Origin: Coriobacteriales bacterium
GTDB lineage: Bacteria; Actinomycetota; Coriobacteriia; Coriobacteriales; QAMH01
Direction of reading: 5' to 3'
DNA: 55,048 nt
Assembly: GCA_051876075.1 (NCBI GenBank)
Contig: JBJEHM010000059.1
Span: 1 to 55,048 of the forward strand
The notes beneath the pieces are model-generated. The model was not told the origin of the DNA, made no database searches, and saw nothing but the letters and a program-made list of their open reading frames with translations. Of this stretch, positions 28,677 to 38,820 are shown in pieces (within the stretch, counting starts at the first letter, position 1; every line of letters begins with the position of its first letter). Position numbers and translations under genes: made by a program.

Positions 28677-30526
28677 GCAACACGCAATCATCGGGAAAGC
28701 GGCGCCCGCCCCAGGGGCCCCATGGCCCGCGCTTCTCCAAGGAGAGGGCAAAGGACTTCAAGGGGACCATGAGGCGCGTGCTCGGGTTGCTCGGCTCGCA
28801 TAAGCTCACGCTCGCCGTGATCTTCCTCTTTGCCATTGGCGGCACGGTCTTCAACATCGTGGGCCCCAAGGTGCTCTCCACTGCCACGACTGAGGTCTTC
28901 GAGGGTGCTCTTGCCAGCATGCAGGGCACCGGCGGGATCGACTTCGACGCTGTGGCGCGCATCCTGTTGGCAACCCTGGCGCTCTACCTGCTGAGCGCCG
29001 CCTGCAGCTTTGTGCAGAGCTGGCTCATGGTGGGCATGGTCCAGCGCATGTGCTTCAAGCTGCGCGAGGACATCAACCTCAAGATCGACCGCATGCCCTT
29101 TGGGTACTTCGAGCGCAACTCGACGGGAGACACGCTCTCGCGCATCACCAACGACGTCGACACCGTGGGGCAGACGCTTGCCCAGAGCGTGGTCCAGCTG
29201 GTCACCGGCATCACCACCGTGCTCGGCGTGCTGCTCATGATGCTGCTCATCAGCCCGCTCATGACGCTCGTGGCGCTGCTCATCATCCCCGTGTCCCTGG
29301 CGCTGGTGATGTTCATCGTCAAGCGCTCCCAGAAGTACTTCTTCGCCCAGCAGGAGGTGCTCGGCGAGGTCAACGGCATCATCGAGGAGAGCTTCTCCGG
29401 CCAGGGCATCATCAAGGCCTTCAACGCCGAGCAGCGCTCGCTCGACGGCTTTTCGGATGCCAACCAGCGCCTGTACGAGGCTGGTTGGAAGAGCCAGTTT
29501 GCCGGCGGCCTCATGAAGCCCATGATGGACTTCGTGGGCAACCTGGGCTATGTGGCCGTTGCCCTCATGGGCGGCTGGCTGGCTGTGCGGGGCGTCATCA
29601 CCGTGGGGGACATCCAGGCCTTCATCCAGTACGTCAAGAACTTCACCCAGCCTTTGAGCCAGATGAGCCAAGTGGGCACCCAGGTCCAGCAGATGGCGGC
29701 TGCGGCCGAGCGCATCTTCGAGTTCTTGGGAGAAGACGAGGAAGAAGACGGGCTCGCGCAGGGCCAGCTCCCTGTGGAGCTCGGGGCGCTGCGCGGCGCG
29801 GTGAGCTTTGAGGAGGTGTCGTTCGGCTACGAGCCCGGTGCCGAGGTCATACACGGCTTCAGCGCCCAGGTGGAGCCGGGCCAGACGGTCGCCCTGGTGG
29901 GGCCCACGGGTGCGGGCAAGACCACCATGGTCAAGCTGCTCATGCGCTTCTACGATGTGAGCAGCGGGTGCATCCGGATCGATGGGCGCGATCTGCGCTC
30001 CATCGCCCGCCCCCAGGCCCGCGAGATGTTCGGCATGGTGCTGCAGGACACCTGGCTCTTTGGCGGGACCATACGCGAGAACATACGCTACGGCAGGCTC
30101 GACGCCACAGACGAGGAGGTTGAGGCTGCGGCCCGTGCCGGCTGCGCCGACCACTTCATCCGCACGCTGCCGGGCGGCTACGACTACGTCATCAACGAGG
30201 ACTCAAGCAACGTGAGCCAGGGCCAGCGCCAGCTGCTGACCATTGCGCGCGCCATCCTGGCAAACCGCCCCATGCTCATCTTGGACGAGGCGACCTCGAG
30301 CGTGGACACGCGCACAGAGGAGCGCATCCAGGAGGCGATGGACAGGCTGATGGAGGGGCGCACGAGCTTTGTCATCGCCCACAGGCTGAGCACCATCAAG
30401 AACGCCGACCTCATCTTGGTCATGAGAGACGGCGATGTGGCAGAGCAGGGGACCCACGAGGAGCTCCTCGCCAAGGGCGGCTTCTATGCCGAGCTCTACA
30501 ACTCCCAGTTCGAGGGCTGCGAGTAG
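28673..30526 (+). CDS. ABC exporter permease/ATP-binding subunit (consensus-site subunit, TM288-like)
   Basis: GPTGAGKT, SQGQRQ, LDEATSSVD, AHRLST; ATGA overlap with partner. Confidence 0.92.
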   Translation: MSNTQSSGKRRPPQGPHGPRFSKERAKDFKGTMRRVLGLLGSHKLTLAVIFLFAIGGTVFNIVGPKVLSTATTEVFEGALASMQGTGGIDFDAVARILLATLALYLLSAACSFVQSWLMVGMVQRMCFKLREDINLKIDRMPFGYFERNSTGDTLSRITNDVDTVGQTLAQSVVQLVTGITTVLGVLLMMLLISPLMTLVALLIIPVSLALVMFIVKRSQKYFFAQQEVLGEVNGIIEESFSGQGIIKAFNAEQRSLDGFSDANQRLYEAGWKSQFAGGLMKPMMDFVGNLGYVAVALMGGWLAVRGVITVGDIQAFIQYVKNFTQPLSQMSQVGTQVQQMAAAAERIFEFLGEDEEEDGLAQGQLPVELGALRGAVSFEEVSFGYEPGAEVIHGFSAQVEPGQTVALVGPTGAGKTTMVKLLMRFYDVSSGCIRIDGRDLRSIARPQAREMFGMVLQDTWLFGGTIRENIRYGRLDATDEEVEAAARAGCADHFIRTLPGGYDYVINEDSSNVSQGQRQLLTIARAILANRPMLILDEATSSVDTRTEERIQEAMDRLMEGRTSFVIAHRLSTIKNADLILVMRDGDVAEQGTHEELLAKGGFYAELYNSQFEGCE

Positions 30527-30649
30527 GCGCAGGCGGGACCTTTGGGAAAGATCAAGGAAAACGAACAGGGACGAATCGCAAACAGTGTTACCCTCGAAAA
30601 ACATGTTTGTTTGAGACGAATCGCGGCGCCAGGGCCGGGAGGGGGCTTC

Positions 30650-31549
30650 GTGCTGTTCGAGAAGGGCATAGGGGTGTGCTGCAGGCGCACAATGGCGCTG
30701 CTCTGCGCTGCTGTGCTGGCCTGCGGTCTGTGCTTGGGTCCTTGCGCCAGCGCCCAAGCCTCCCAGCTCGACCGCTATGCCAAGCTCGAGGCGCGCTACA
30801 GCAGCTGCCCGGAAGGTGGCATCGCCTTCTTCGGCTCCTCGTACCTCTCTGGATGGAGCAGCGCGGCCAAGGACTTTGAGCGCGCGTTCTCTTACCCGGC
30901 CAACATGGTCTACAACTACGCGATTGGCGGCAGCGGCATCGGCGTCTGGACGAGCCGCGAGTACCTCGACCTCGTTGCCTCGAAGAAGCCCAGCGTCGTG
31001 GTGATACACGGGGTCAACGACCTGCGCTACTATCCCGCGCACCCCGACTCCCTCACAGACGCCCAGGCGGCAGAGAAGAGCTTTGCCGCGCTCAAGACCT
31101 ATGTTGCCGGGCTCCAAGAGCGCCTGCCAGACGTCAGGATCCTGCTTGTCTCTGCTTTCAAGACCCCTGCCGAGTACCTCCACGAGAACGCATACGGAAG
31201 CAGCTGCAGGAGCTGGCAGCGCGTCGACCTCTACAACGGCAAGCTGCGCAGCTTTGCGGCGGGCAGCGAGAGGGTTTCCTTCGTCGACATCGAGCCCTAC
31301 CTGCTGGGCGAGGACAGGGACCTGTGGGGCAACAGGCAGGTGCGCTTCTACGCCAACGCCTCCAAGCTCTGCGACAAGCGCAGCCTGGCGAGCGCCCGCG
31401 TCCTGCAGTACTGCAAGAAGCACGGGGCGAGCTCCTGCCCGTACTTCAAATCGGACCTGCACCATGCCAGCAAGCTCGCTTACGGCTCCATATGGCTGCC
31501 CGTTGTGGGCGCCGTTGCCGTCAGCAAGAGCGCTCCTCTGCCGAATTAA
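30650..31549 (+). CDS. Secreted SGNH/GDSL-family hydrolase
   Basis: Signal peptide-like RRTMALLCAAVLACG...AQA; FFGSS (block I), NYAIGGS (II), HGVND (III), DLHH (V); start uncertain (30650/30674/30692). Confidence 0.7.
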   Translation: MLFEKGIGVCCRRTMALLCAAVLACGLCLGPCASAQASQLDRYAKLEARYSSCPEGGIAFFGSSYLSGWSSAAKDFERAFSYPANMVYNYAIGGSGIGVWTSREYLDLVASKKPSVVVIHGVNDLRYYPAHPDSLTDAQAAEKSFAALKTYVAGLQERLPDVRILLVSAFKTPAEYLHENAYGSSCRSWQRVDLYNGKLRSFAAGSERVSFVDIEPYLLGEDRDLWGNRQVRFYANASKLCDKRSLASARVLQYCKKHGASSCPYFKSDLHHASKLAYGSIWLPVVGAVAVSKSAPLPN

Positions 31550-31675
31550 GAAATCTGATAATCAACGACTCAACATCCTTGGTAACGCATCTGTGACATA
31601 ACATGGCATGCGGTGCGCTAGTCCCTAGAATCCTCTCAAACGAGTTCACCTCACATGCAGAACAGGGAGGATGCA

Positions 31676-33586
31676 ATGCGCAAGTTCAAGACCGAGTCCA
31701 AGCGCCTGCTGGACTTGATGATCAACTCCATCTACACCAACAAGGAGATCTTCCTCCGCGAGCTCATCTCCAACGCCTCTGACGCCTTGGACAAGGTGTA
31801 CCTGGAGTCCCTCAAGAACGGCGACGGCAGCGTTGTCCGCTCCGACCTCTTCATCAGCGTCGACTGCGACAAGGACGCCCGCACCATCACCATCACCGAC
31901 AACGGCATCGGCATGGACCAAGAAGCCCTCGAAGCCAACCTCGGTACCATCGCCCATTCCGGCTCGCTCGAGTTCAAGGAGGGCGAGGACGCCAAGGAGT
32001 CCGATGAGATCGACATCATCGGCCAGTTCGGTGTGGGCTTCTACTCTGCCTTCATGGTTGCAGACCACGTGAAGGTCGTCTCCAAGCCCTACGGCTCCGA
32101 TCAGGCCTTCACCTGGGAGAGCGAGGGCCTCGAGGGCTACACCATCGGCGAGGGCGAGCGCGAGGGCCGCGGCACCACCATCACCCTCACCCTGCGTGAG
32201 GACAGCGACGACTTCAACTACAGCCAGTTCCTCAACACGTATGTGCTCCAGGACCTGGTCAAGCGCTACAGCGACTACGTGCGCTACCCCATCATGATGA
32301 AGTTCACCAAGTCCGTGCCCGTCGAGCGCCCGGAAGACGCCCCCGAGGACTGGAAGCAGGAGTACCGCGAGGAAGACGAGGTCCGCACCGTCAACTCCAT
32401 GGTTCCCATCTGGACCAAGAAGAAGGCAGACGTCACAGACGAGGAATACAACGAGTTCTACAAGAGCACCTTCCATGACGAGCACGACCCGGCAGCGGTG
32501 ATCTCCATCCACGCAGAGGGCACGATCAGCTACGACGCCCTGCTCTTCATCCCGGCCGTGGCCCCGCGCGAGATGCTCAGCCGCGGCTTCAAGAAGGGTC
32601 TGACCCTCTACAGCTCCAGCGTCATGATCATGGACAAGTGCGAGGAGCTGCTCCCCGACTACTTTGGCTTTGTCCGCGGCATCGTCGACTCCCCTGACCT
32701 CAGCCTCAACATCTCTCGCGAGATGCTGCAGCAGAGCAAGGAGCTTGCCACCATCCAGCGCCGCATCGAGAAGAAGATCAAGGCCGAGCTGGTGCGCATG
32801 CTCGAGGACGACCGCGAGAAGTACGAGGAGATCTACAAATACTACGGTCCCAACTTCAAGTTCTCCATCTACAGCACCTACGGCGGCACCTCCTCCGTCC
32901 TCTCCGAGCTGCTGATGTTCCCCTCTGCTATGGAAGGCAAGATGGTGACGCTCGGCGAGTACTGCTCTGCCGCCCAAGAAGAGCAGGACAAGATCTACTT
33001 TGCCACGGGAGACACCGTCGAGCGCCTCAACACCGCGCCCACGGTCAAGAGCGTTGTCGACAAGGGCTTTGACGTGCTGCTGTGCACCCACGATGTAGAC
33101 GAGTTCTGCCTGATGTCCATGGGCTCCTTCGATGGCAAGCAGCTCGTCAACGTGGGCACCGCCGAGCTTGACCTCGAGACCGAAGAGGAGAAGGCCGAGC
33201 ACGAGAAGGTCTCCGAGGAAAACGCCGACCTCTTTGCAGACATGGCCGCCAGCTTGGGCGACAAGGTGACCAAGGTCGTCGCCAGCAGCATGTCCATGGA
33301 CTGCGCTGCCTGCATCACCGCCGGCGGCATGGTCTCCCTGGCCATGGAGAAGTACTTCAAGTCGCTGCCCCAGCAAGACGACGAAGTCCCCAGCGCAGAG
33401 CACGTGCTCGAGCTGAACATGGCGCACCCTGTGATCAAGGCCCTGCAGAAGGCCTACGAAGACGGTGACACAGACACCGTGGCTGCCTACACCTTGATCT
33501 TGCACGACCAGGCGCTCATGGCAGAGGGCTTCCAGATCGAGGACCTCGACGCCTTCAACGAAGCCGTGTACAAGCTGATGGTCTAG
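31676..33586 (+). CDS. htpG: Molecular chaperone HtpG (Hsp90)
   Basis: YTNKEIFLRELISNASDA, DNGIGM, IGQFGVGFYSAF, LNISRE, LELN..HP. Confidence 0.97.
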   Translation: MRKFKTESKRLLDLMINSIYTNKEIFLRELISNASDALDKVYLESLKNGDGSVVRSDLFISVDCDKDARTITITDNGIGMDQEALEANLGTIAHSGSLEFKEGEDAKESDEIDIIGQFGVGFYSAFMVADHVKVVSKPYGSDQAFTWESEGLEGYTIGEGEREGRGTTITLTLREDSDDFNYSQFLNTYVLQDLVKRYSDYVRYPIMMKFTKSVPVERPEDAPEDWKQEYREEDEVRTVNSMVPIWTKKKADVTDEEYNEFYKSTFHDEHDPAAVISIHAEGTISYDALLFIPAVAPREMLSRGFKKGLTLYSSSVMIMDKCEELLPDYFGFVRGIVDSPDLSLNISREMLQQSKELATIQRRIEKKIKAELVRMLEDDREKYEEIYKYYGPNFKFSIYSTYGGTSSVLSELLMFPSAMEGKMVTLGEYCSAAQEEQDKIYFATGDTVERLNTAPTVKSVVDKGFDVLLCTHDVDEFCLMSMGSFDGKQLVNVGTAELDLETEEEKAEHEKVSEENADLFADMAASLGDKVTKVVASSMSMDCAACITAGGMVSLAMEKYFKSLPQQDDEVPSAEHVLELNMAHPVIKALQKAYEDGDTDTVAAYTLILHDQALMAEGFQIEDLDAFNEAVYKLMV

Positions 33587-33610
33587 AGCAGGGCGCAAAG
33601 CGCAATGACG

Positions 33611-33644
33611 GCGCGGCCTGGGGTCATTCCCAAGCCGCGCTTTT
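33611..33644 (+). terminator. Intrinsic terminator after htpG
   Basis: GCGCGGCcTGGG...CCCAaGCCGCGC followed by TTTT. Confidence 0.65.
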
Positions 33645-33686
33645 GTATGATGGCCTTGAGTCAACGCGCAGGCAGGGAGGCAGGAG

Positions 33687-34907
33687 ATGGAGTACCAACA
33701 GGCGCTCGAGGCGCTTGAGGGGGCCCTCAAGTTTGGGATAGACCCCAGCCTGGAGCCCATCAGGCAGATGTGTGCGGCCTTGGGCAACCCCCAGGAGAGC
33801 TACACCTGCGTGCAAGTGGCCGGCACCAACGGCAAGTCGAGTGTGAGCCGCATGACCGCCGCCCTGCTCGGCGCCTGCGGCCTCAAGACCGCCCTCTACA
33901 CCAGCCCGGAGTTGGTGCGCTACCCAGAGCGCATGGAGCTGTGCGGGCGTGTTGTGAGCGACCAGCGCTTTGCGGATGCCGTCGAGGCTGCCCTGGGTGC
34001 GGCGCAACGCCGCGGGATTCAGGCTACGGAGTTCGAGCTCCTCACAGCCGGGGCGCTGTGGCTCTTCGCTCAAGAGGGTGTTGAGGTGGCGGTGCTCGAG
34101 TGCGGCTTGGGAGGCCGCTGGGACGCTACGAGCGTGTGCTCGCCCCGGGTTGCCGTGATCACCGGCATCGCCTTGGACCACACGCATATCCTGGGGAACA
34201 CGCTCGAGGCCATCGCAGCGGAGAAGGCCGCCATCATCAAGCCGGGCTGCACCGCCGTGCTGGCACCGCAGCTGGCCGCCCGCCCTGTGTTCGAGCAGCG
34301 CATCTGCGAGGTCGGGGCGCATCTGCTTGAGGTGGACCCCGCTATGGGGGAGGAGCTCGCCCCCGCGCTCGCGCACATGCCCTCCTACCAGCAGGGCAAC
34401 GCCGCGGTTGCCTATACGGCCGCCCGCTCCCTGGTGGAGAGCCTCGGCCTGGAGGACGCGCGGCGCGCCCTGGTGTCCCTGCAGATACCCGGCCGCTTCG
34501 AGACCTTGAGGGAACGGCCCCTGCTCTTGATCGACGCGGCGCACAACCCCCAGAGCGCTCAGGTCCTGGCTCGCGAGGTGGAGTGCCGCTTTCCCCGTCT
34601 TGAGGAGCGCCCCGTCCTGCTCGTCGGCGTGTTGGCAGACAAGGACGTGGAGGGCGTGGTGGGTACCTTGGCTCCACTGTTCGAGCGCATCGTCTGCACA
34701 GCATCCAAGAGCCCCCGCTCCATCGCCGCAACCGAGCTCGCCGGGCTCGTTGCGCGCGCGAACCCCGCCGCCTCCGTGCAGGCAGTCCCCAGCATCCCAG
34801 AGGCCCTGCAGCTCCTGGCTGCCTGCGATGTGATCGCCTCCGGCTCCATCACCGTTGCGGGTGAGGTCAAGGGCTGCTGGCTGGACGGCTGCCCCAAGCC
34901 CGAGTAA
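33687..34907 (+). CDS. folC: Folylpolyglutamate synthase/dihydrofolate synthase
   Basis: VAGTNGK, YTSP, TEFE, ECGLGGRWDAT, DH..LG, EKAAIIK, PGRFE, DAAHN. Confidence 0.93.
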   Translation: MEYQQALEALEGALKFGIDPSLEPIRQMCAALGNPQESYTCVQVAGTNGKSSVSRMTAALLGACGLKTALYTSPELVRYPERMELCGRVVSDQRFADAVEAALGAAQRRGIQATEFELLTAGALWLFAQEGVEVAVLECGLGGRWDATSVCSPRVAVITGIALDHTHILGNTLEAIAAEKAAIIKPGCTAVLAPQLAARPVFEQRICEVGAHLLEVDPAMGEELAPALAHMPSYQQGNAAVAYTAARSLVESLGLEDARRALVSLQIPGRFETLRERPLLLIDAAHNPQSAQVLAREVECRFPRLEERPVLLVGVLADKDVEGVVGTLAPLFERIVCTASKSPRSIAATELAGLVARANPAASVQAVPSIPEALQLLAACDVIASGSITVAGEVKGCWLDGCPKPE

Positions 34908-35002
34908 TGCTGCCTCTTCCCGTTGCCCCGGCCATCCAGGGTGCTGCCGCGCTTGCGGTGCCGCTTCCCGTTTGCCTGTGCATCGGGTTTATACTTATCA
35001 GC

Positions 35003-35108
35003 TATGCCGAAAGCTCGGCATACGGTTTGTCCTTGCGACTCGGTCTGTTCCCGAGCCGCTTTTCTGGTAAGTCCCTCTCGGTTTGTTCCCGAGCACGGGC
35101 AGAAAGGA
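35003..35108 (+). promoter_or_regulatory. Structured thrS leader with two tRNA-Thr anticodon-like stem-loops (candidate autogenous translational operator)
   Basis: CTCGG-TCTGTTC-CCGAG (35039-35055) and CTCGG-TTTGTTC-CCGAG (35077-35093); TATACT -10 at 34990-34995; SD AAAGGA at 35103-35108. Confidence 0.65.
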
Positions 35109-35115
35109 TCGCACT

Positions 35116-37044
35116 ATGAGCACCATCACCGTCAACCTCCCGGACGGCTCCGTCAAGGAGCTCGAAGAGGGGGCAACCCTGGCAGACGTCGCAGCCTCCA
35201 TCGGCTCCGGCCTGGCCAAGGCATCCCTTGCAGGTAAGATCAACGGCCAGCTCGCAGACCTGAGCGCTCCCGTCAGCCAAGGCGACGCCATCGAGATCAT
35301 CACCAGCCGCTCCCCCGAGGGCCTCGACATCATGCGCCACAGCTGTGCTCACGTTATGGCAGAGGCAGTGCAGCTGCTCTTCCCAGGCGCGCAGATCGGC
35401 TTTGGCCCCCAGACCGAAGACGGCTTCTTCTATGACTTCGCGCTCTCGCGCACGGTGAGCAACGACGACTTCGAGGCCATCGAGGCCAAGATGGCAGAGA
35501 TCATCAAGAAGGACGAGCCCTTCGTCCGCGAGGTTGTCACGCGCGAGCAGGCCAAGGAGATCTTTGCCGATCAGCGCCTCAAGCTCGAGCACATCGACGA
35601 CTTCGACGCAGACACCACCATCACCATCTACCGCCACGGCAGCTTTGTCGACCTGTGCAGCGGCCCCCACGTCCCCAGCGCCGGCAAGATCGACGCCAAG
35701 GGCTTCAAGCTGATGAAGGTCTCCGGCGCCTACTGGAAGGGCGATGCAGAGCGCGAGCAGCTGCAGCGCATCTACGGCACCGCTTGGTTCAACAAGAAGG
35801 ACCTCAAGGCCTACCTGACCCGCCTGGAGGAGGCCGAGAAGCGCGACCATCGCAAGCTGGGCCGCGAGCTGGGCATCTACATGATGGACGAGTCCGCCGG
35901 CGTGGGCCTGCCCCTCTACCTCCCCAAGGGCGCGCGCGTCATCCGCCTCATGCAGGAGTGGCTGCGCAAGGAGCTCTACCGCCGCGGGTACGAGGAGGTC
36001 ATCACCCCGCACGTCTACAAGTCAGACGTCTGGAAGACCTCCGGCCACTACGGCTACTACAAGGAGAACATGTACTTCTTCAACATCAACGAGGGCACCG
36101 ACGAGGAGCCCCGCTTGCAGGAGTACGGCGTGAAGCCCATGAACTGCCCGGGCCACGTGATTCTCTACAAGAACGACATCCACTCCTACCGCGACCTGCC
36201 GGTGCGCTACTTCGAGTTCGGCACGGTGTACCGCCACGAGATGAGCGGCGCGGTGCACGGCCTGATGCGCGCCCGCGGCTTCACGCAGGACGACGCCCAT
36301 GTCTTCTGCACCCCCGAGCAGGTCGTCGACGAGGTCTGCGCGATCCTGGACACAGCGGACTTCATCATGAGCTCCTTCGGCTTCGTGTACGAGGCAGAGA
36401 TCTCCACCCGCCCGGAGAAGTCCATCGGCACCGATGACATGTGGGAGCTGGCAACGGACGCCCTGCGCCAGGCGCTCGACCGCCGCGGCCTGCCGTACGA
36501 GATCAACGAGGGCGACGGCGCCTTCTACGGCCCCAAGATCGACATCAAGGTCAAGGACGCCCTGGGCCGCACCTGGCAGTGCTCCACCATCCAGGTCGAC
36601 TTCAACTTGCCCGAGCGCTTTGACATGACCTACCGCACCGCAGACAACTCCGAGGCCCGCCCCTTCATGCTGCACCGCGCGCTCTTCGGCTCCATCGAGC
36701 GCTTCCTCGGCATCCTGATCGAGCATACCGCCGGTCACCTGCCCCTGTGGCTGTGCCCCGTCCAGTGCGCCATCGTCCCCATCGCAGACCGCCATCACGA
36801 CGCCGCCAAGGAGCTCAAGGCAAAGCTCGAGGCAGTGGGCGGCCGCGTGGAGATCTACGGCCAGAACGAGCCCATGCGCGTGAAGATCGCAAAGGCACAG
36901 CAGCAGAAGATTCCCTACATGCTCGTCTTGGGTGACCAGGAGATCGCCAATGGGCAGGTCTCTGTCCGCGAGCGCCATGAAGGCGACCTGGGCACCATGG
37001 CCGTCGAGGAGATCTGCAAGATCATCGAGGAGGCACAGGTTTAA
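35116..37044 (+). CDS. thrS: Threonine--tRNA ligase
   Basis: TGS domain, [49 protein letters not shown]. Confidence 0.98.
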   Translation: MSTITVNLPDGSVKELEEGATLADVAASIGSGLAKASLAGKINGQLADLSAPVSQGDAIEIITSRSPEGLDIMRHSCAHVMAEAVQLLFPGAQIGFGPQTEDGFFYDFALSRTVSNDDFEAIEAKMAEIIKKDEPFVREVVTREQAKEIFADQRLKLEHIDDFDADTTITIYRHGSFVDLCSGPHVPSAGKIDAKGFKLMKVSGAYWKGDAEREQLQRIYGTAWFNKKDLKAYLTRLEEAEKRDHRKLGRELGIYMMDESAGVGLPLYLPKGARVIRLMQEWLRKELYRRGYEEVITPHVYKSDVWKTSGHYGYYKENMYFFNINEGTDEEPRLQEYGVKPMNCPGHVILYKNDIHSYRDLPVRYFEFGTVYRHEMSGAVHGLMRARGFTQDDAHVFCTPEQVVDEVCAILDTADFIMSSFGFVYEAEISTRPEKSIGTDDMWELATDALRQALDRRGLPYEINEGDGAFYGPKIDIKVKDALGRTWQCSTIQVDFNLPERFDMTYRTADNSEARPFMLHRALFGSIERFLGILIEHTAGHLPLWLCPVQCAIVPIADRHHDAAKELKAKLEAVGGRVEIYGQNEPMRVKIAKAQQQKIPYMLVLGDQEIANGQVSVRERHEGDLGTMAVEEICKIIEEAQV

Positions 37045-37045
37045 C

Positions 37046-38311
37046 ATGACTCGTCCTATGAACATCGCGGAGAAGATCCTCGCAGCCCACGCGGGCCTCG
37101 ACGAGGTCGTTCCCGGCCAGCTCATCGAGTGTGACCTGGACCTGGTTCTGTCCAACGACGTCACCGCGCCGATCGCCATCGACGAGTGCAAGAAGATCAC
37201 CGACAAGGTCTGGGACGTCGACAAGGTCGTCATGGTCCCAGACCACTACACCCCCAACAAGGACATCAAGTCCGCCGAGCTCTCCAACCGCGTGCGCACG
37301 TTCGTGCGCGAGCAGGGGATCACGCACTACTGGGAGGTGGGCTGCGTGGGCGTCGAGCACGCGCTTCTCCCCGAGCAGGGCGTGTGCGTCCCCGGAGACC
37401 TGATCATTGGCGCAGACAGCCACACCTGTACCTACGGCGCCCTGGGCTGCTTTTCCACCGGCGTGGGCTCTACCGATGCCGGCGTGGGCCTGGCAACGGG
37501 CCGTGCCTGGTTCAAGGTGCCGGAAAGCATCAAGTTCGTCGTCGACGGGCAGCTGCAGCCCGGCGTTACCGGCAAGGACATCATCCTGCACATCATCGGC
37601 AAGATCGGCGTCGACGGAGCGCTCTACAAGGCCATGGAGTTCACCGGCAGCGCCATCCGCAACCTGAGCATGGAGGGCCGCCTCACCATATCGAACATGG
37701 CCATCGAGGCCGGTGGCAAGGCCGGCATCATCGAGGTCGACGACATCACCCGCGCCTACGTGCAGCCACGCGCCGAGCGCCCCTGGGTCGAGTATCATTC
37801 CGACCCCGATGCCGAGTATGCTCAGGTTATCGAGATTGCTGCTGAGGACATTCAGCCCACCGTGGCCCTGCCCAGCCTGCCCTCCAACACCAAGCCCGCC
37901 GCTGAGTGCCGTGACATCCAGATTGACCAGGTCGTTATCGGCTCGTGCACCAACGGCCGCATCGAGGACATGCGCCAAGCTGCAGCCGTGCTCAAGGGCC
38001 GCAAGGTCAACCCCAACGTGCGCTGCATCATCATCCCCGCAACGCAGCAGGTGGTGCGTCAGTGCATCCAGGAGGGCCTGAGCGAGATCTTCCTCGACGC
38101 CAACTGCGTCATCTCCGCACCCACCTGCGGCCCCTGCCTGGGCGGTCACATGGGTTGCCTCGCGGCGGGCGAGCGCGCCATCGCAACCACCAACCGCAAC
38201 TTCGTCGGGCGCATGGGCGACCCCACTTCCGAGGTCGTCTTGTCAAACCCGGCGGTTGCCGCCGCCTCTGCCGTCGCAGGCCACATCGCCCTGCCCGAGG
38301 ATCTGGACTAG
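37046..38311 (+). CDS. leuC: 3-isopropylmalate dehydratase large subunit (short LeuC/HacA-type)
   Basis: [36 protein letters not shown]; adjacent leuD/leuB. Confidence 0.9.
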   Translation: MTRPMNIAEKILAAHAGLDEVVPGQLIECDLDLVLSNDVTAPIAIDECKKITDKVWDVDKVVMVPDHYTPNKDIKSAELSNRVRTFVREQGITHYWEVGCVGVEHALLPEQGVCVPGDLIIGADSHTCTYGALGCFSTGVGSTDAGVGLATGRAWFKVPESIKFVVDGQLQPGVTGKDIILHIIGKIGVDGALYKAMEFTGSAIRNLSMEGRLTISNMAIEAGGKAGIIEVDDITRAYVQPRAERPWVEYHSDPDAEYAQVIEIAAEDIQPTVALPSLPSNTKPAAECRDIQIDQVVIGSCTNGRIEDMRQAAAVLKGRKVNPNVRCIIIPATQQVVRQCIQEGLSEIFLDANCVISAPTCGPCLGGHMGCLAAGERAIATTNRNFVGRMGDPTSEVVLSNPAVAAASAVAGHIALPEDLD

Positions 38312-38323
38312 GAGGGGAGCGCC

Positions 38324-38818
38324 ATGAAGTTTGAAGGAAGCGCACACCGCTACGGCCGCGACATCGACACAGACGTCATCATCCCGGCCCGCCACCTGAC
38401 CACCACGGAGCCAGCGGAGCTTGCCAAGCACTGCCTCGAGGACCTCGACCCGCAGTTCGTGAACAAGGTCCAGCCCGGGGACATCCTGGTTGCGGAGGAG
38501 AACTTTGGCTGCGGCTCGTCGCGCGAGCACGCGCCCATCTCCATCAAGGCAGCCGGCGTGAGCGTCGTCATCGCCAAGAGCTTTGCCCGCATCTTCTACC
38601 GCAACAGCATCAACATCGGCCTGCCAATCATGGAGTGCCCCGCAGCCGTCGATGGCATCAAGCAGGGTGACACCGTCTCTGTGGATGCAGACACCGGCGT
38701 CATCACCAACGAGACCACAAGCGAGACTTACCAGGCCCAGCCCTTCCCCGAGTTCATCCAGGAGATCATCGAGTGCGGGGGCCTGATCGAGCGCACCAAG
38801 AGGAAGCTGGGGAAGTAG
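38324..38818 (+). CDS. leuD: 3-isopropylmalate dehydratase small subunit
   Basis: IDTDVIIP, NFGCGSSREHA, SFARIFYRN. Confidence 0.92.
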   Translation: MKFEGSAHRYGRDIDTDVIIPARHLTTTEPAELAKHCLEDLDPQFVNKVQPGDILVAEENFGCGSSREHAPISIKAAGVSVVIAKSFARIFYRNSINIGLPIMECPAAVDGIKQGDTVSVDADTGVITNETTSETYQAQPFPEFIQEIIECGGLIERTKRKLGK

Positions 38819-38820
38819 CC

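Noticed and set aside
30576-30614. LexA/SOS-like AAAC...GTTT sequences
   Set aside because: Spacing and bases do not fit GAAC-N4-GTTC, and the downstream gene is not a repair gene.
33655-33675. CTTGAGT HAIR half-site before folC
   Set aside because: The second half (ACTCAAG) is absent and it lies downstream of htpG.
31646-33787. 713-aa ORF antisense to htpG
   Set aside because: Mirror-frame artefact of strong codon bias; no motifs or RBS.
34990-35115. T-box riboswitch for thrS
   Set aside because: Leader too short; no AGGGUGGNACCGCG T-box or stem I motifs. Better explained by anticodon mimics.
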